A DNA stretch of 32,000 bases from Synechococcus sp. A15-28 (GCF_014280175.1 NZ_CP047931.1:1800001-1832000), one strand, 5' to 3'; numbered from the stretch's first letter, positions 1 to 10,059 are shown. Translations and numbers: made by a program. Notes: generated by a model from the sequence alone, not told the origin.

Positions 1-71
1 AGTGACCTACTGGGCCAAAAAGGGAAGCAAAACAACAAGGTACTCTGAGATATCTTCTTGATAATTGAGGC

Positions 72-305
72 TCATTCATCAAACCATCCCATCCAGGTAT
101 CCTGAGTAAAGTCAGTGTGCTTGCTCCACCTTCTTAATATAGTCAAGGAATCAAATTCATATCCCTTAGATGCAGCGATTGCGATCACATCATCTTGATT
201 GAGAGCTGCCTTAATTTCAGCTTTGAGATCAGGATCCTGACGAACCATTGTAATGAATGATTCCAAAGATAAATCTTGCTTTACGTTAGAGGAGGAATCC
301 GTCAT
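72..305 (-). CDS. Small Nif11-like domain protein of unknown function, matching my recollection of the PBS-region unk7/unk8 class
   Basis: 77-aa ORF. The N-terminal pattern LESFITMVRQDPDLKAEIKAALNQDDVIAIAASKGYEFD fits the Nif11 N-terminal domain (L-x2-F-x3-V-x2-D-x2-L ... A-x3-G-[FY]-x-F). The C-terminus is Trp-rich (RRWSKH..TWMGWF). It heads a tightly packed run of three minus-strand ORFs. Confidence 0.6.
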   Translation of the reverse strand: MTDSSSNVKQDLSLESFITMVRQDPDLKAEIKAALNQDDVIAIAASKGYEFDSLTILRRWSKHTDFTQDTWMGWFDE

Positions 306-342
306 ACCAGAGACTGCTCAATAGAGGTAATCTCATTGTAGA

Positions 343-624
343 TCAAACTCCATCCATCAGCATGGCACGCCATAAGGCAACCTTCCGAAATGCCCAGGAC
401 CAATGCTCAACAGGTACGACAAGAATCTTTGCCAATTCTGAATCACTCAAAGTCTTACGATCCAAAGAAAGATGTAGCTGCCATTCACTTGGTGAAAAAA
501 TAAATCCCTTGGAAGCTGCATAATCAACAATATCCTGGTCAGTCTTACAAGCCTTCAAACCAGTGGCGATTGAATGGTCATACACAACCGCCTGGATAAA
601 TTCGTTAATCGGAAGAGTATTCAT
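343..624 (-). CDS. Small Nif11-like domain protein of unknown function, paralogous to 72..305
   Basis: INEFIQAVVYDHSIATGLKACKTDQDIVDYAASKGFIFS matches the Nif11-like pattern. The track start at 633 is a TTG. An ATG at 624 (MNTLPINEF) lies 2 nt after the TGA stop of the upstream ORF (TGAGAATG), so I prefer 624. Confidence 0.6.
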   Translation of the reverse strand: MNTLPINEFIQAVVYDHSIATGLKACKTDQDIVDYAASKGFIFSPSEWQLHLSLDRKTLSDSELAKILVVPVEHWSWAFRKVALWRAMLMDGV

Positions 625-626
625 TC

Positions 627-995
627 TCAACAACTCTCAATCCACAAAGCAAAGTTGACCCTTGTACAAATCATTTGAAGCACCAATGGCCCCCCAGGAC
701 AACGCAGAAGTCGCCATGGAATATTCTTGTCTAGGACACCAGAATCAACGGTGATCTTTGGTGGACTTGTTGCCTGTTCGTAGGGTATCAATGCAGCACC
801 AGTTAATGCTGGTTCAATTGAATCGACGATTGTTTTCAGCTGATCGAGAGTTGTGATCTCGTTTAACTCGGATTGGACTTCCTCCCGTGCTTGAACGGCA
901 GCGACGAATTCAGAGAGCGCTTGCTCACGCTCAGGGGACACAGGCATCGTGTTGCGACGAACCGATCGAATAGTACCAAAAACAAGTCTTTTCAT
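627..995 (-). CDS. Hypothetical small protein with a weakly Nif11-like N-terminus (unk9-like position)
   Basis: 122-aa ORF, the first gene of the minus-strand trio. LSEFVAAVQAREEVQSELNEITTLDQLKTIVD weakly resembles a Nif11 helix pair. The start could instead be the internal MPVSPE. The gene is divergent from the lyase gene at 1188. Confidence 0.45.
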   Translation of the reverse strand: MKRLVFGTIRSVRRNTMPVSPEREQALSEFVAAVQAREEVQSELNEITTLDQLKTIVDSIEPALTGAALIPYEQATSPPKITVDSGVLDKNIPWRLLRCPGGPLVLQMICTRVNFALWIESC

Positions 996-1187
996 TTTAT
1001 TACAGCAACGGCAACCTGAGCCGTCGGAACATGGATATGGAGTAAATTTTGAAAAATTTTTTGAATCTTACAAGTGAATATTTCCATGCGCATAAACAAA
1101 TAATCCTGACGCATACGCTCTAAAATTATTCAGGAAATCGAAGACTGCCTTCATCAATCTCATCAATTCATCCGACCAAATAAAATT

Positions 1188-2384
1188 ATGGCAGAGCGTT
1201 TCGACAACTTGGTTGAAGGATTAACAGAAGATCGTGCCATGTCTGTGATTCTGGCCGACCCAGAGACATTGGATCGACCTGTCGACAAATATATGGCTGC
1301 GACGAGGTTGGGAGCTAGCGACACTGAGGAATCCCTTGATGTTCTCATTAAGGCAGCAGAATTAAGTCCGGAACATCTGTTTGACCGAATCACACGACGA
1401 AAAGCCATTGATGCTCTAGGCCGCAGAAAAAGCACTAGGGCATTACCTACTCTGTTTCGCTCACTGTCTTGCACAGATGAGGCTGCAGTCATTAACGCTG
1501 TTGACGCCATCACAAAAATTGGTGCACCACTAACAGAAAGCAATCAGGGAAGCTTGATCAAGGCACTCGATGGGGAAGATATCCAAAAGCGAGCAGTCAT
1601 CCAGGCCTTTTGCAGGCTGGAAATCAATAAGGCAGAAGAGGCAATACGCCCACTCGCGAACGATCAGAATCCGCTCGTCTGCGGTGCAGCTAAAGCATAT
1701 TTAGCAAGAGTGCACAAAGAGACCTCCGGTCTAGATGATCTGGTTCCCCAGCTGATCGATCCCATCGCTGGTCGACGCCGATCCGCCGTCATTGACCTTG
1801 GCGATGCTGGTGATGTCACAAGATTGGAGGCACTGGTTGCGGCACCTGTGTCCATGTCATTACGGGCAAGAAGCGCTTTCCAGCTCGTCGATCCCAACAA
1901 AACATGTCACGTTCCTGATGAATATTCAGAATTAATAACGCAACTTTTGCAAGACAACCCACAACATTTAAAGCTCAGACAAGAGTGGGTCTGCCCTGTT
2001 GACGCAATTGAAATCGAAAACAATCTTCAACACCGAGACGAAGCACGTCAATACGGTGGGGCTTTGAGCCTAATGAATATGGACAAACGAAGCAGAATGG
2101 AATTAATTAATGAAATTAAACAAAAATTATGGAGCGACTATGTTACTCACTATTACTTAACGTCAGTCATCAGCCTTCAAGGCTTGTCCGAAAGGAGTGA
2201 CTTGATCTGCCTAGCTCTGGCCGAAACGATCCCTCAGTACACAAAATCGAGGATTGCAGCAGCCTGGGGTTGCCTGAGATTGAGACTGACTGATCAGAAG
2301 CCCCTCCTAGAGGAGCTTTCAGTCTCAGCTAACTGGCTACCACTGAAGTGGACCTGCAGGCAGGTACTTAAACAGTTGTCATGA
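1188..2384 (+). CDS. mpeY: E/F-clan (HEAT-repeat) phycobilin lyase of the MpeY/MpeQ/MpeW family, predicted to act on the phycoerythrin II alpha subunit
   Basis: 398-aa ORF immediately upstream of mpeBA. It is clearly paralogous to the CpeY ORF in this window ([12 protein letters not shown]...[10 protein letters not shown] versus MSGLFDNIHPEL...DYYMAVSHLV) and has repeated HEAT-like A-x-ALG/IG segments. Whether it is a lyase (MpeY/MpeW) or a lyase-isomerase (MpeQ) cannot be decided by eye. Confidence 0.75.
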   Translation: MAERFDNLVEGLTEDRAMSVILADPETLDRPVDKYMAATRLGASDTEESLDVLIKAAELSPEHLFDRITRRKAIDALGRRKSTRALPTLFRSLSCTDEAAVINAVDAITKIGAPLTESNQGSLIKALDGEDIQKRAVIQAFCRLEINKAEEAIRPLANDQNPLVCGAAKAYLARVHKETSGLDDLVPQLIDPIAGRRRSAVIDLGDAGDVTRLEALVAAPVSMSLRARSAFQLVDPNKTCHVPDEYSELITQLLQDNPQHLKLRQEWVCPVDAIEIENNLQHRDEARQYGGALSLMNMDKRSRMELINEIKQKLWSDYVTHYYLTSVISLQGLSERSDLICLALAETIPQYTKSRIAAAWGCLRLRLTDQKPLLEELSVSANWLPLKWTCRQVLKQLS

Positions 2385-2516
2385 TTAGTGTCTTCCTCAG
2401 TAACAACCAGGCCAAATGATGTCGTGGTGTTACCGATTTTTCTTTTGTCAACTTGTGTGTCCTGACACGCTTGTCTGGGAGTTAGGCAAGAAAAGCAGGG
2501 TTACTGTCCATCTTGA

Positions 2517-3092
<576 letters not shown>

Positions 3093-3120
3093 GCCAGAGA
3101 TTGAATTTCTGCACATCTGA

Positions 3121-3636
<516 letters not shown>

Positions 3637-3679
3637 TTATCAGTCCTTAACGGATTGGTATTTACGACTAGTCGTCTCA

Positions 3680-3712
3680 GGGGGTGAGCAAATAGCTCAC
3701 CCCCTTTTTTTT
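3680..3712 (+). terminator. Rho-independent terminator after mpeBA
   Basis: Perfect 10-bp stem gggggtgagc / gctcaccccc (3680-3689 / 3695-3704) with loop aaata, followed by T8 (3705-3712). It sits 44 nt after the mpeA stop. Confidence 0.8.
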
Positions 3713-4000
3713 AGCAGTAGCGAGAAAACTTCCTGCGAAGGAAAGAAACTCAACGACTCGATAGCGACATTAGATCGATCGGCGCCAATCCCCCAAAAGA
3801 CAATCAGCCAGCCATAGTTAAACCTATCGCAATTATTGTCGATGATTGCTCGAGTGGTTGAATGCAGAAACTTGTAAAACCTGTTTCAAGCATTAAACCA
3901 CTAAGGATCCTCCCGCTGTTCTGTAAAGTACCGCCTCAATTCGAGAGCGATCAGAATACTTGAAGGTCTCGACATCATCAATCACCTCCAAATCCTCATC

Positions 4001-4882
4001 ATGCTCACCACACAAACTACTCCTGCAGGTATGTCTGCAGCAAATCGAACCAAATCCGCTTCGTATTCCACCTCCAGCAAAGCTGGAATGAATACTGTTG
4101 CCCGAACGGTGGCAGGTTCGATTGCAGAGTTTAAGCGGAACACTTGCTCATCTATGGGTCTCGGAATCGGCCCTCGACTCCACAGTGAGTGTCCATTCGG
4201 TTCGGTCTTTGATGAGTATCACCCCAACGATAGTGCGGCGTTGGAGCGCACAATCCGCGATAGCTATCGCCAGGTTTACGGGAACCTACCTCCAACGGAA
4301 AATGAGCGTTGCACCTCACTGGAAGCACGCCTCATGAATGGAGAAATAACGGTACGTGACTTCGTCAATGGTCTGGCCAAATCTCCTTTTTACAAAAAAA
4401 ATTACTTCCACTCAGTCGCGCCCCAGCGAGGGATCGAACTGAACTTCAAACACCTCTTAGGGCGAGCTCCACTTAATCAGGCAGAAATTCAGGCCAGCAT
4501 TAAGCTGCAGGCCGAACAGGGATTTGATGCTCTCATCGATAGCCTGACGGATGGGGCAGAATATGCCGAGGTCTTTGGTTCGGATATCGTCCCATACGTG
4601 CGGACTGCCGATTCTTATGCCGGAATGATGACGTCCTCCTTCAACATGATGAGGGAGCTTGCCAGCACCAAAGTAGCAGTTAGTGACAACGCTCAGGGAT
4701 CCCGGAGCCGCACCGTTTCACCACTCGCCTTAGCAGCGAGCAGCGCGATTAAACCTGTGACATTTAACTATGTTGCACTTACCAAGCCTGCTCCAAAGCT
4801 GCCTCAACAGCAGTACAGCGGTCATCAGCCTCCTAAGCAGACAGACTACGTCGCATTCCGCCCCTTCGGAATCCACTTCTGA
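4001..4882 (+). CDS. mpeC: PEII-associated rod linker polypeptide, gamma-like and probably chromophorylated
   Basis: 293 aa. It has the PBS-linker domain signature (IRDSYRQVYGN...ITVRDFVNGLAKSPFYKKNYF...NFKHLLGRAP...EVFGSDIVPYVR) preceded by an N-terminal extension of about 75 aa carrying Cys49 and Cys64. Its position directly downstream of mpeBA fits mpeC. Confidence 0.8.
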   Translation: MLTTQTTPAGMSAANRTKSASYSTSSKAGMNTVARTVAGSIAEFKRNTCSSMGLGIGPRLHSECPFGSVFDEYHPNDSAALERTIRDSYRQVYGNLPPTENERCTSLEARLMNGEITVRDFVNGLAKSPFYKKNYFHSVAPQRGIELNFKHLLGRAPLNQAEIQASIKLQAEQGFDALIDSLTDGAEYAEVFGSDIVPYVRTADSYAGMMTSSFNMMRELASTKVAVSDNAQGSRSRTVSPLALAASSAIKPVTFNYVALTKPAPKLPQQQYSGHQPPKQTDYVAFRPFGIHF

Positions 4883-4935
4883 CCGACCCAAAATGGTCTA
4901 ATGGTCAGAATTCAACACTCAAGTGTGTGATGACC

Positions 4936-4964
4936 AGCTCCCTTTCAAAAGGGAGCTTTTTTTT
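4936..4964 (+). terminator. Rho-independent terminator after mpeC
   Basis: Stem agctccctt / aagggagct (4936-4944 / 4949-4957) with loop tcaa, followed by a T-run to 4964. Confidence 0.75.
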
Positions 4965-5048
4965 GTCCAAGAGCTCGTGGGCGAAAAAGCTTCAAGGAAT
5001 CAACAGTACAGCAACCGTAATCGATTAGATTGATATGAAGATTGTGCG

Positions 5049-5954
5049 ATGGCCACAGTGCTCCAGGATTTCTCTAATGTCTCGTCACTCAGCGACAGTC
5101 AGCTCACCGAAGAAGAAGCGCTTCAACTCGCCAACGAACTAAGTTTAAAATTAAGTGATGGCGAGAAACCAGGGTCTGATGCAGAGTCTCTCAAGAAAAT
5201 GGTTGCTGGCCTTGGTGATGCTAGAGGAGCCCTACGACTAACCTTTGCAAAAAGCCTTGGCGCAGTAGGAGACGAGGCTCTACCCATTCTTTGTGAAGCT
5301 CTTCGCCAACACCAAAATGTAGTCGTCAGAAGAGCATCAGCTAAAACACTCAATTTGATTGGAAGTAAGGAGGCTCTGCCTTATCTCCTCGAAGCTTTTT
5401 TAGAAGACAGTGATCCAGTTGTTCTCGGGTCATCTGCTGGAGCAATGGCAACGATTGGACCCGACGCCATGGACTCATTACTTGGGATCCTGAAAAATCC
5501 AGACTGCACACCATTTCAGGTGGGCTTGATTAATCTTGCGCTTAGTTTCATCGGCGCCAAAGCACCTGAGGCATTACTCGAGGCTGCAGAGTCAGACGTG
5601 ACTGAAGTTCGCGTGGCTGCAATTTCAGCCCTAGGAGATCAAATACAAAAGAGTGACGATCATCGTGCAAAAAATAGAGTGTTCAGAGCTTTAGATGACT
5701 GCTCACCAGACGTTAGAGCAGAAGCTGTAACACTTATCGGAAAATCATGTGATGCCGAAGATGTTGAACATATGCTGACAAGGAAACTGATCGACAAAGA
5801 CACTCAGGTACGAAAAAACACGGCGATGGCACTGATGAAGCTTGAAGCATTTAACTCTGTAGAAAGCATAGAGAAGGCAAAGTCAACAGAAGATGACGAG
5901 TCAGTTCAAGCAGTATTTGATGTCGCCATCAACATACTAAGCAGAAATTTGTGA
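5049..5954 (+). CDS. mpeU: E/F-clan HEAT-repeat phycobilin lyase or lyase-isomerase of the MpeU/CpeF/MpeV family
   Basis: 301 aa with repeated HEAT-like units (VRRASAKTLNLIG, VRVAAISALG, VRAEAVTLIG, VRKNTAMALMKL). The size of about 300 aa and the position after mpeC match my recollection of mpeU in type-3 rod regions. Confidence 0.65.
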   Translation: MATVLQDFSNVSSLSDSQLTEEEALQLANELSLKLSDGEKPGSDAESLKKMVAGLGDARGALRLTFAKSLGAVGDEALPILCEALRQHQNVVVRRASAKTLNLIGSKEALPYLLEAFLEDSDPVVLGSSAGAMATIGPDAMDSLLGILKNPDCTPFQVGLINLALSFIGAKAPEALLEAAESDVTEVRVAAISALGDQIQKSDDHRAKNRVFRALDDCSPDVRAEAVTLIGKSCDAEDVEHMLTRKLIDKDTQVRKNTAMALMKLEAFNSVESIEKAKSTEDDESVQAVFDVAINILSRNL

Positions 5955-6113
5955 GAAGTTAGGGTCAAAACAATGCACAGAAGGGCACTGAAAAATTCCA
6001 AGGATGCCTCAAATACCCCAAGTTCTCTCTTGTAAAGTTAACGGAGCATTTTGAGTGATCCTGGTAAAAAGCGGATAGATGCTGATAAAATTTGAACATG
6101 TAGGTGATCTTTT

Positions 6114-6458
6114 ATGTCGCGCGCTGAATTCATACGCTTTCTTCAGGTCCTGGAAGAAGATTTACCGTTCAGAGCTCTTTTTCAAGAAGCTGATCCCGAG
6201 GAAATCCTCAAGCTTGCCGATCAACATGGGTTTATCTTTTCGGATGAAATAAAAGGGCGTTTCCTGAATCGGTGGGCAGGTGTGTATTTCTGCCCATTCG
6301 CCAACGATGTGGGAAGGTTATGCCCAAAAATGGTACCCGAGGGATTCAGCACACTGCTGCATTATTCACAAACAACATGTACCAAAGAGGACAAAGTTGA
6401 GCGTTTTGATTTTCGCGCTGGAGGCTATTACGAAGGAGTAAAAGCAGTGACTGGATAA
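6114..6458 (+). CDS. Nif11-like domain protein of unknown function (unk10-like position)
   Basis: 114 aa. RAEFIRFLQVLEEDLPFRALFQEADPEEILKLADQHGFIFS is Nif11-like and is followed by LNRW, as in the 72..305 ORF (LRRW). It lies between mpeU and cpeZ. Confidence 0.55.
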   Translation: MSRAEFIRFLQVLEEDLPFRALFQEADPEEILKLADQHGFIFSDEIKGRFLNRWAGVYFCPFANDVGRLCPKMVPEGFSTLLHYSQTTCTKEDKVERFDFRAGGYYEGVKAVTG

Positions 6459-6468
6459 AGAAAAGGTT

Positions 6469-7089
6469 TTAACTCCTTGAATTGAGTAGATTTTGAAGTC
6501 GCGCCAATGCAGACTGAGCTGCTTCCTGAATCAGCGGATCGTCATTATTATCTTGAAGTGCATGCAAAGCGACCTCCGCCATGGGATGCGGGATATCAGC
6601 AAGAGCCTGAGATGCACTAAAGATCAAAGCCACATTTTCACTGCTGAGGGATTTTGCTAGTAGTTTAATTGCCTCTTCAGACTTGAACTGTTGCTTACCG
6701 ATTTGACCAAGACACATCAGAGCTCCTTGTACGACTACCATATCTGTGTCATTAATCCCTTGTTCCAACATTTGCATGACTGAATCAGGAAACGGTTGAT
6801 CAGGAAAATTCTTGAACAATTGAACGAATGCTTTCGGGCAACAACGCCTTGCAGTTTGATTCTCAGTTGTTGCATAAAGTTCGATCAAAGGATCGAATGC
6901 AGAACTCCCAAAAAAACCAATTCCCTTAACTGCTGCTCTGTATACTTTGGGATCTTGATGACAGAATAGTTCCAATAACATGGGCAAGGCTTCTTCCTGA
7001 TAGTGCTCCGAAAGAATTAAACTGGCTTCTTCTTGGATCCTAGGGTTGGGATGCCTGAGATCCTCGAATAGGGAATCAATGGTAGGCAT
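6469..7089 (-). CDS. cpeZ: HEAT-repeat phycoerythrin lyase subunit or chaperone-like partner CpeZ
   Basis: The ORF lies immediately downstream of cpeY on the minus strand. HEAT-like segments are present (RHPNPRIQEEASLIL, QDPKVYRAAVKGIGFFG). I prefer the internal ATG (MPTIDSLFEDL) at 7089 over the track start at 7149. Confidence 0.7.
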   Translation of the reverse strand: MPTIDSLFEDLRHPNPRIQEEASLILSEHYQEEALPMLLELFCHQDPKVYRAAVKGIGFFGSSAFDPLIELYATTENQTARRCCPKAFVQLFKNFPDQPFPDSVMQMLEQGINDTDMVVVQGALMCLGQIGKQQFKSEEAIKLLAKSLSSENVALIFSASQALADIPHPMAEVALHALQDNNDDPLIQEAAQSALARLQNLLNSRS

Positions 7090-7181
7090 AGACTGATTAT
7101 CGCTCACAGAAAGCCTGAACTGATAATTTATTTTAGCACTGATGATCAACCGAAAACAGACGCAGACGTCTCATACATGCA

Positions 7182-8507
7182 CTATGTATATTGGAGAATC
7201 GACTGCGCTTTCCAACGAACAAAGTAATCTGGATCCGATTGAGACAAATTACTGACTACATCAAGATTTTGAGACCGGATTTGACTCAACTCGGGAGATT
7301 GAAGGAGTAGAAGCGATGTATAACGGAAATCCCAAAATGGTTGCATTACGGTAGTCAAACCATCTTTCAAGAAGTGGTCGCACTGCCCAGGAAATAAGAT
7401 AGCAAAAGACAACAACGCAGCAGATGGAGATTTCCTGAATTGTGGACGTCTATCTCGAATAGCATCCGACAGGATGTCGTGAATAGACGCAAGGGCCTCG
7501 TGACTCCAATTCCTTATGAGACCAAATAGATGCATCATGAAATAGTGCGCTCCATAGTCGTTATGGGCTTTCTTATGCCAACTGGACCAGACATGGGTCC
7601 AGACTTCATCTGGATCGCGATCCAGCAGGGTTTGCATCGACAAATAGCCGCGACTGAAATCAGGATGAAACAGACCTTCGACAAGCAGCTGAGTCGGTAG
7701 GGGGTCTCCATAGTGATGAAGCACCGTGATCAGCCTGGGGTCATCGCGAAGGACCTGGTCAACAGCCGAAAGAGCACTATTTTTCAACTGCTCACCTGAC
7801 GATCGGTCGACAAGAGCACGAACAGCTCTCATTCGAAACGCTGGTGAAATGGGTGCCTGAAGCAAACTCGACATGAGTTCAATCCCACCAGCATCGATTA
7901 CATCTTGAACTGCCGACTGACGATCCATCTGATTAGCTACGTACAAATGATCAGCCAAATCAGCGAGACGTGTCCTATCTCCTGACAAGTGAATTGTGGC
8001 CGCAATTGCAGCACCGCGCACAGAAGACTTTTCATGGTCCATTAAGGAAGTAATCGTCGGAAGTGCTGCAAAAACTGAGAGTTTAGACAAACTTTGAATT
8101 AAAACCCGTTGATTCTGTGTGGAATCATGCAACAACCGAATCAAGCGCTGATGAACGGCTTGATCTTGACAGCCTATTTGTGCCAGTGCCCAGGCAGCAT
8201 TTTCGACCATATAGATATCCGAACTATCAAGAAAACTGGCAATTTTCGCCTGAGCTTGCGTAACCCCCAGCCGGGCAAGAACTTCTACAGCTTTTCGTTG
8301 AGCAAGGAGGACAGCAGACTCAGTCGACACCCTGCCAAGAAAATTCAGCAACGCTTCATTTGCAAACTGACCAGGAAAATTGACCAAGTGCGAAACGGCC
8401 ATATAGTAGTCACTGTCGCTCTCGAGATCTTGAAAATCTGTAGCCAAGATCTCGATGGCACCAGCCTGGTCCAACTCAGGATGAATATTGTCAAACAAGC
8501 CCGACAT
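7182..8507 (-). CDS. cpeY: E/F-clan phycoerythrobilin lyase CpeY, predicted to act on the PEI alpha subunit
   Basis: 441-aa HEAT-repeat protein followed by cpeZ. It is paralogous to the MpeY-family ORF in this window. The size and the cpeY-cpeZ pairing are typical. Confidence 0.8.
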   Translation of the reverse strand: MSGLFDNIHPELDQAGAIEILATDFQDLESDSDYYMAVSHLVNFPGQFANEALLNFLGRVSTESAVLLAQRKAVEVLARLGVTQAQAKIASFLDSSDIYMVENAAWALAQIGCQDQAVHQRLIRLLHDSTQNQRVLIQSLSKLSVFAALPTITSLMDHEKSSVRGAAIAATIHLSGDRTRLADLADHLYVANQMDRQSAVQDVIDAGGIELMSSLLQAPISPAFRMRAVRALVDRSSGEQLKNSALSAVDQVLRDDPRLITVLHHYGDPLPTQLLVEGLFHPDFSRGYLSMQTLLDRDPDEVWTHVWSSWHKKAHNDYGAHYFMMHLFGLIRNWSHEALASIHDILSDAIRDRRPQFRKSPSAALLSFAILFPGQCDHFLKDGLTTVMQPFWDFRYTSLLLLQSPELSQIRSQNLDVVSNLSQSDPDYFVRWKAQSILQYT

Positions 8508-8639
8508 GAAGAAAGCCTAATATCAATTAAATTCTACACGCCTAATTATCTAACGTTCTTAAACAACAATAAGAAAAGCATTGGGCTGCTTCTCAGCATT
8601 TAGATTTAAAGTATTATCGTATTGTCTGTAAAGAGGGAA

Positions 8640-8996
8640 ATGGGGCCATTCTCCGGTCATTTGCTCTGCGTTTCTGCTGCAATGTTGCCAGGCTCGAGAA
8701 CTTCGAAACAGAGACATATAAGTCTAGACAGTCGGTTTATGAGCCAATGGATGAAAGCCGCCAAAAATTCCCATGCAGTAATCACTCAGATCAGCGCCGC
8801 TCACCTTGATTCAACAACAACAACAACAAGGAAGGGAACAACAGGACGTTCAAAAGATAAGTCGCAGACCTTAATTGGGAAAATGAGTGCTCAGTTTCCG
8901 AGCCTGACCAAAAACATGAAAACCGATGTAGACAGAACTAGTGATGAATCTAAACAAAAGGGCAAACGCCGCAGAGGTCGTCGCAAATCGTCCTAA
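8640..8996 (+). CDS. Hypothetical low-complexity basic protein, of doubtful coding status
   Basis: ATG at 8640 is preceded by agaggga; the track start at 8622 is a TTG. The ORF contains an in-frame (CAA)6 run giving a Thr tract and a strongly basic tail (KQKGKRRRGRRKSS). No family was recognised. Its stop abuts the stop of the convergent ORF with zero spacer. Confidence 0.3.
   Translation: MGPFSGHLLCVSAAMLPGSRTSKQRHISLDSRFMSQWMKAAKNSHAVITQISAAHLDSTTTTTRKGTTGRSKDKSQTLIGKMSAQFPSLTKNMKTDVDRTSDESKQKGKRRRGRRKSS
8812..8829 (+). repeat. (CAA)6 trinucleotide microsatellite
   Basis: caacaacaacaacaacaa is read directly from the sequence. It lies inside the doubtful ORF 8640..8996. Confidence 0.95.
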
Positions 8997-9428
8997 TCAA
9001 TTATTTGAGGAGATCTCGAAAACACCATCTTCAGGGCGATTGGACTTAAGTGCATCCCAATTAATGGCTTGCAGGAAAGCCTCTTCATCGTGTGTTTCCA
9101 CAACATCTACGCCCCAGAAACCTTCTTGGAGCGGTGCACCTGGAGCAGCCGGAGAATCTTTGCGCCCACCAAGCGCCAGTATGACGTGATCTGCACTTTG
9201 TCCAAGTTTAGACCTCAATTGCTTCCAAGACTTGACCAACTCCACTGCCATATCGTTGGGAGGCAAGTTTGAAGTCAATTCAATGATCCAATGAGGATGT
9301 TGAATGACTGTTGCAGAAATAATTGCCGAAGAATTCGAGACTATACCGTCAGCGAGAACTTGAGTTTCAAAGGGAGGGACATCTTTAGATTGAACCTGCA
9401 GGTTATGAGACAGAATAAATGTCGTCAT
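8997..9428 (-). CDS. Hypothetical protein embedded in the PBS rod region, family not recognised
   Basis: 143-aa ORF with an ATG start and AT-rich composition like the neighbouring lyase genes. It lies downstream of the cpeBA terminator and so probably has its own promoter. Confidence 0.5.
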   Translation of the reverse strand: MTTFILSHNLQVQSKDVPPFETQVLADGIVSNSSAIISATVIQHPHWIIELTSNLPPNDMAVELVKSWKQLRSKLGQSADHVILALGGRKDSPAAPGAPLQEGFWGVDVVETHDEEAFLQAINWDALKSNRPEDGVFEISSNN

Positions 9429-9504
9429 TGGAAAAGACTTATCCCCTCAATCTTAACGGAACAACTACATAGCCGCGATTCAATCTCAGAAGCCTGCAGT
9501 CATC

Positions 9505-9531
9505 AAAAAAGGGGGTGCTTATCGCCCCCCC
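9505..9531 (-). terminator. Rho-independent terminator after cpeBA
   Basis: On the minus strand, a G/C-rich hairpin (9511-9531, one internal mismatch) is followed by a U6 tract (plus-strand A6 at 9505-9510). It sits about 25 nt after the cpeA stop. Confidence 0.6.
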
Positions 9532-9555
9532 CTCTCTTTCACAGCCGTTACCAGT

Positions 9556-10059
<504 letters not shown>

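Noticed and set aside
8109-8603. 164-aa plus-strand ORF overlapping the 5' part of cpeY.
   Set aside because: It lies almost entirely antisense within the well-supported cpeY reading frame. The translation is junk-like.
8812-8829. The (CAA)6 microsatellite as a phase-variation switch.
   Set aside because: The repeat unit is 3 nt, so slippage would not shift the frame, and the host ORF itself is of doubtful coding status.
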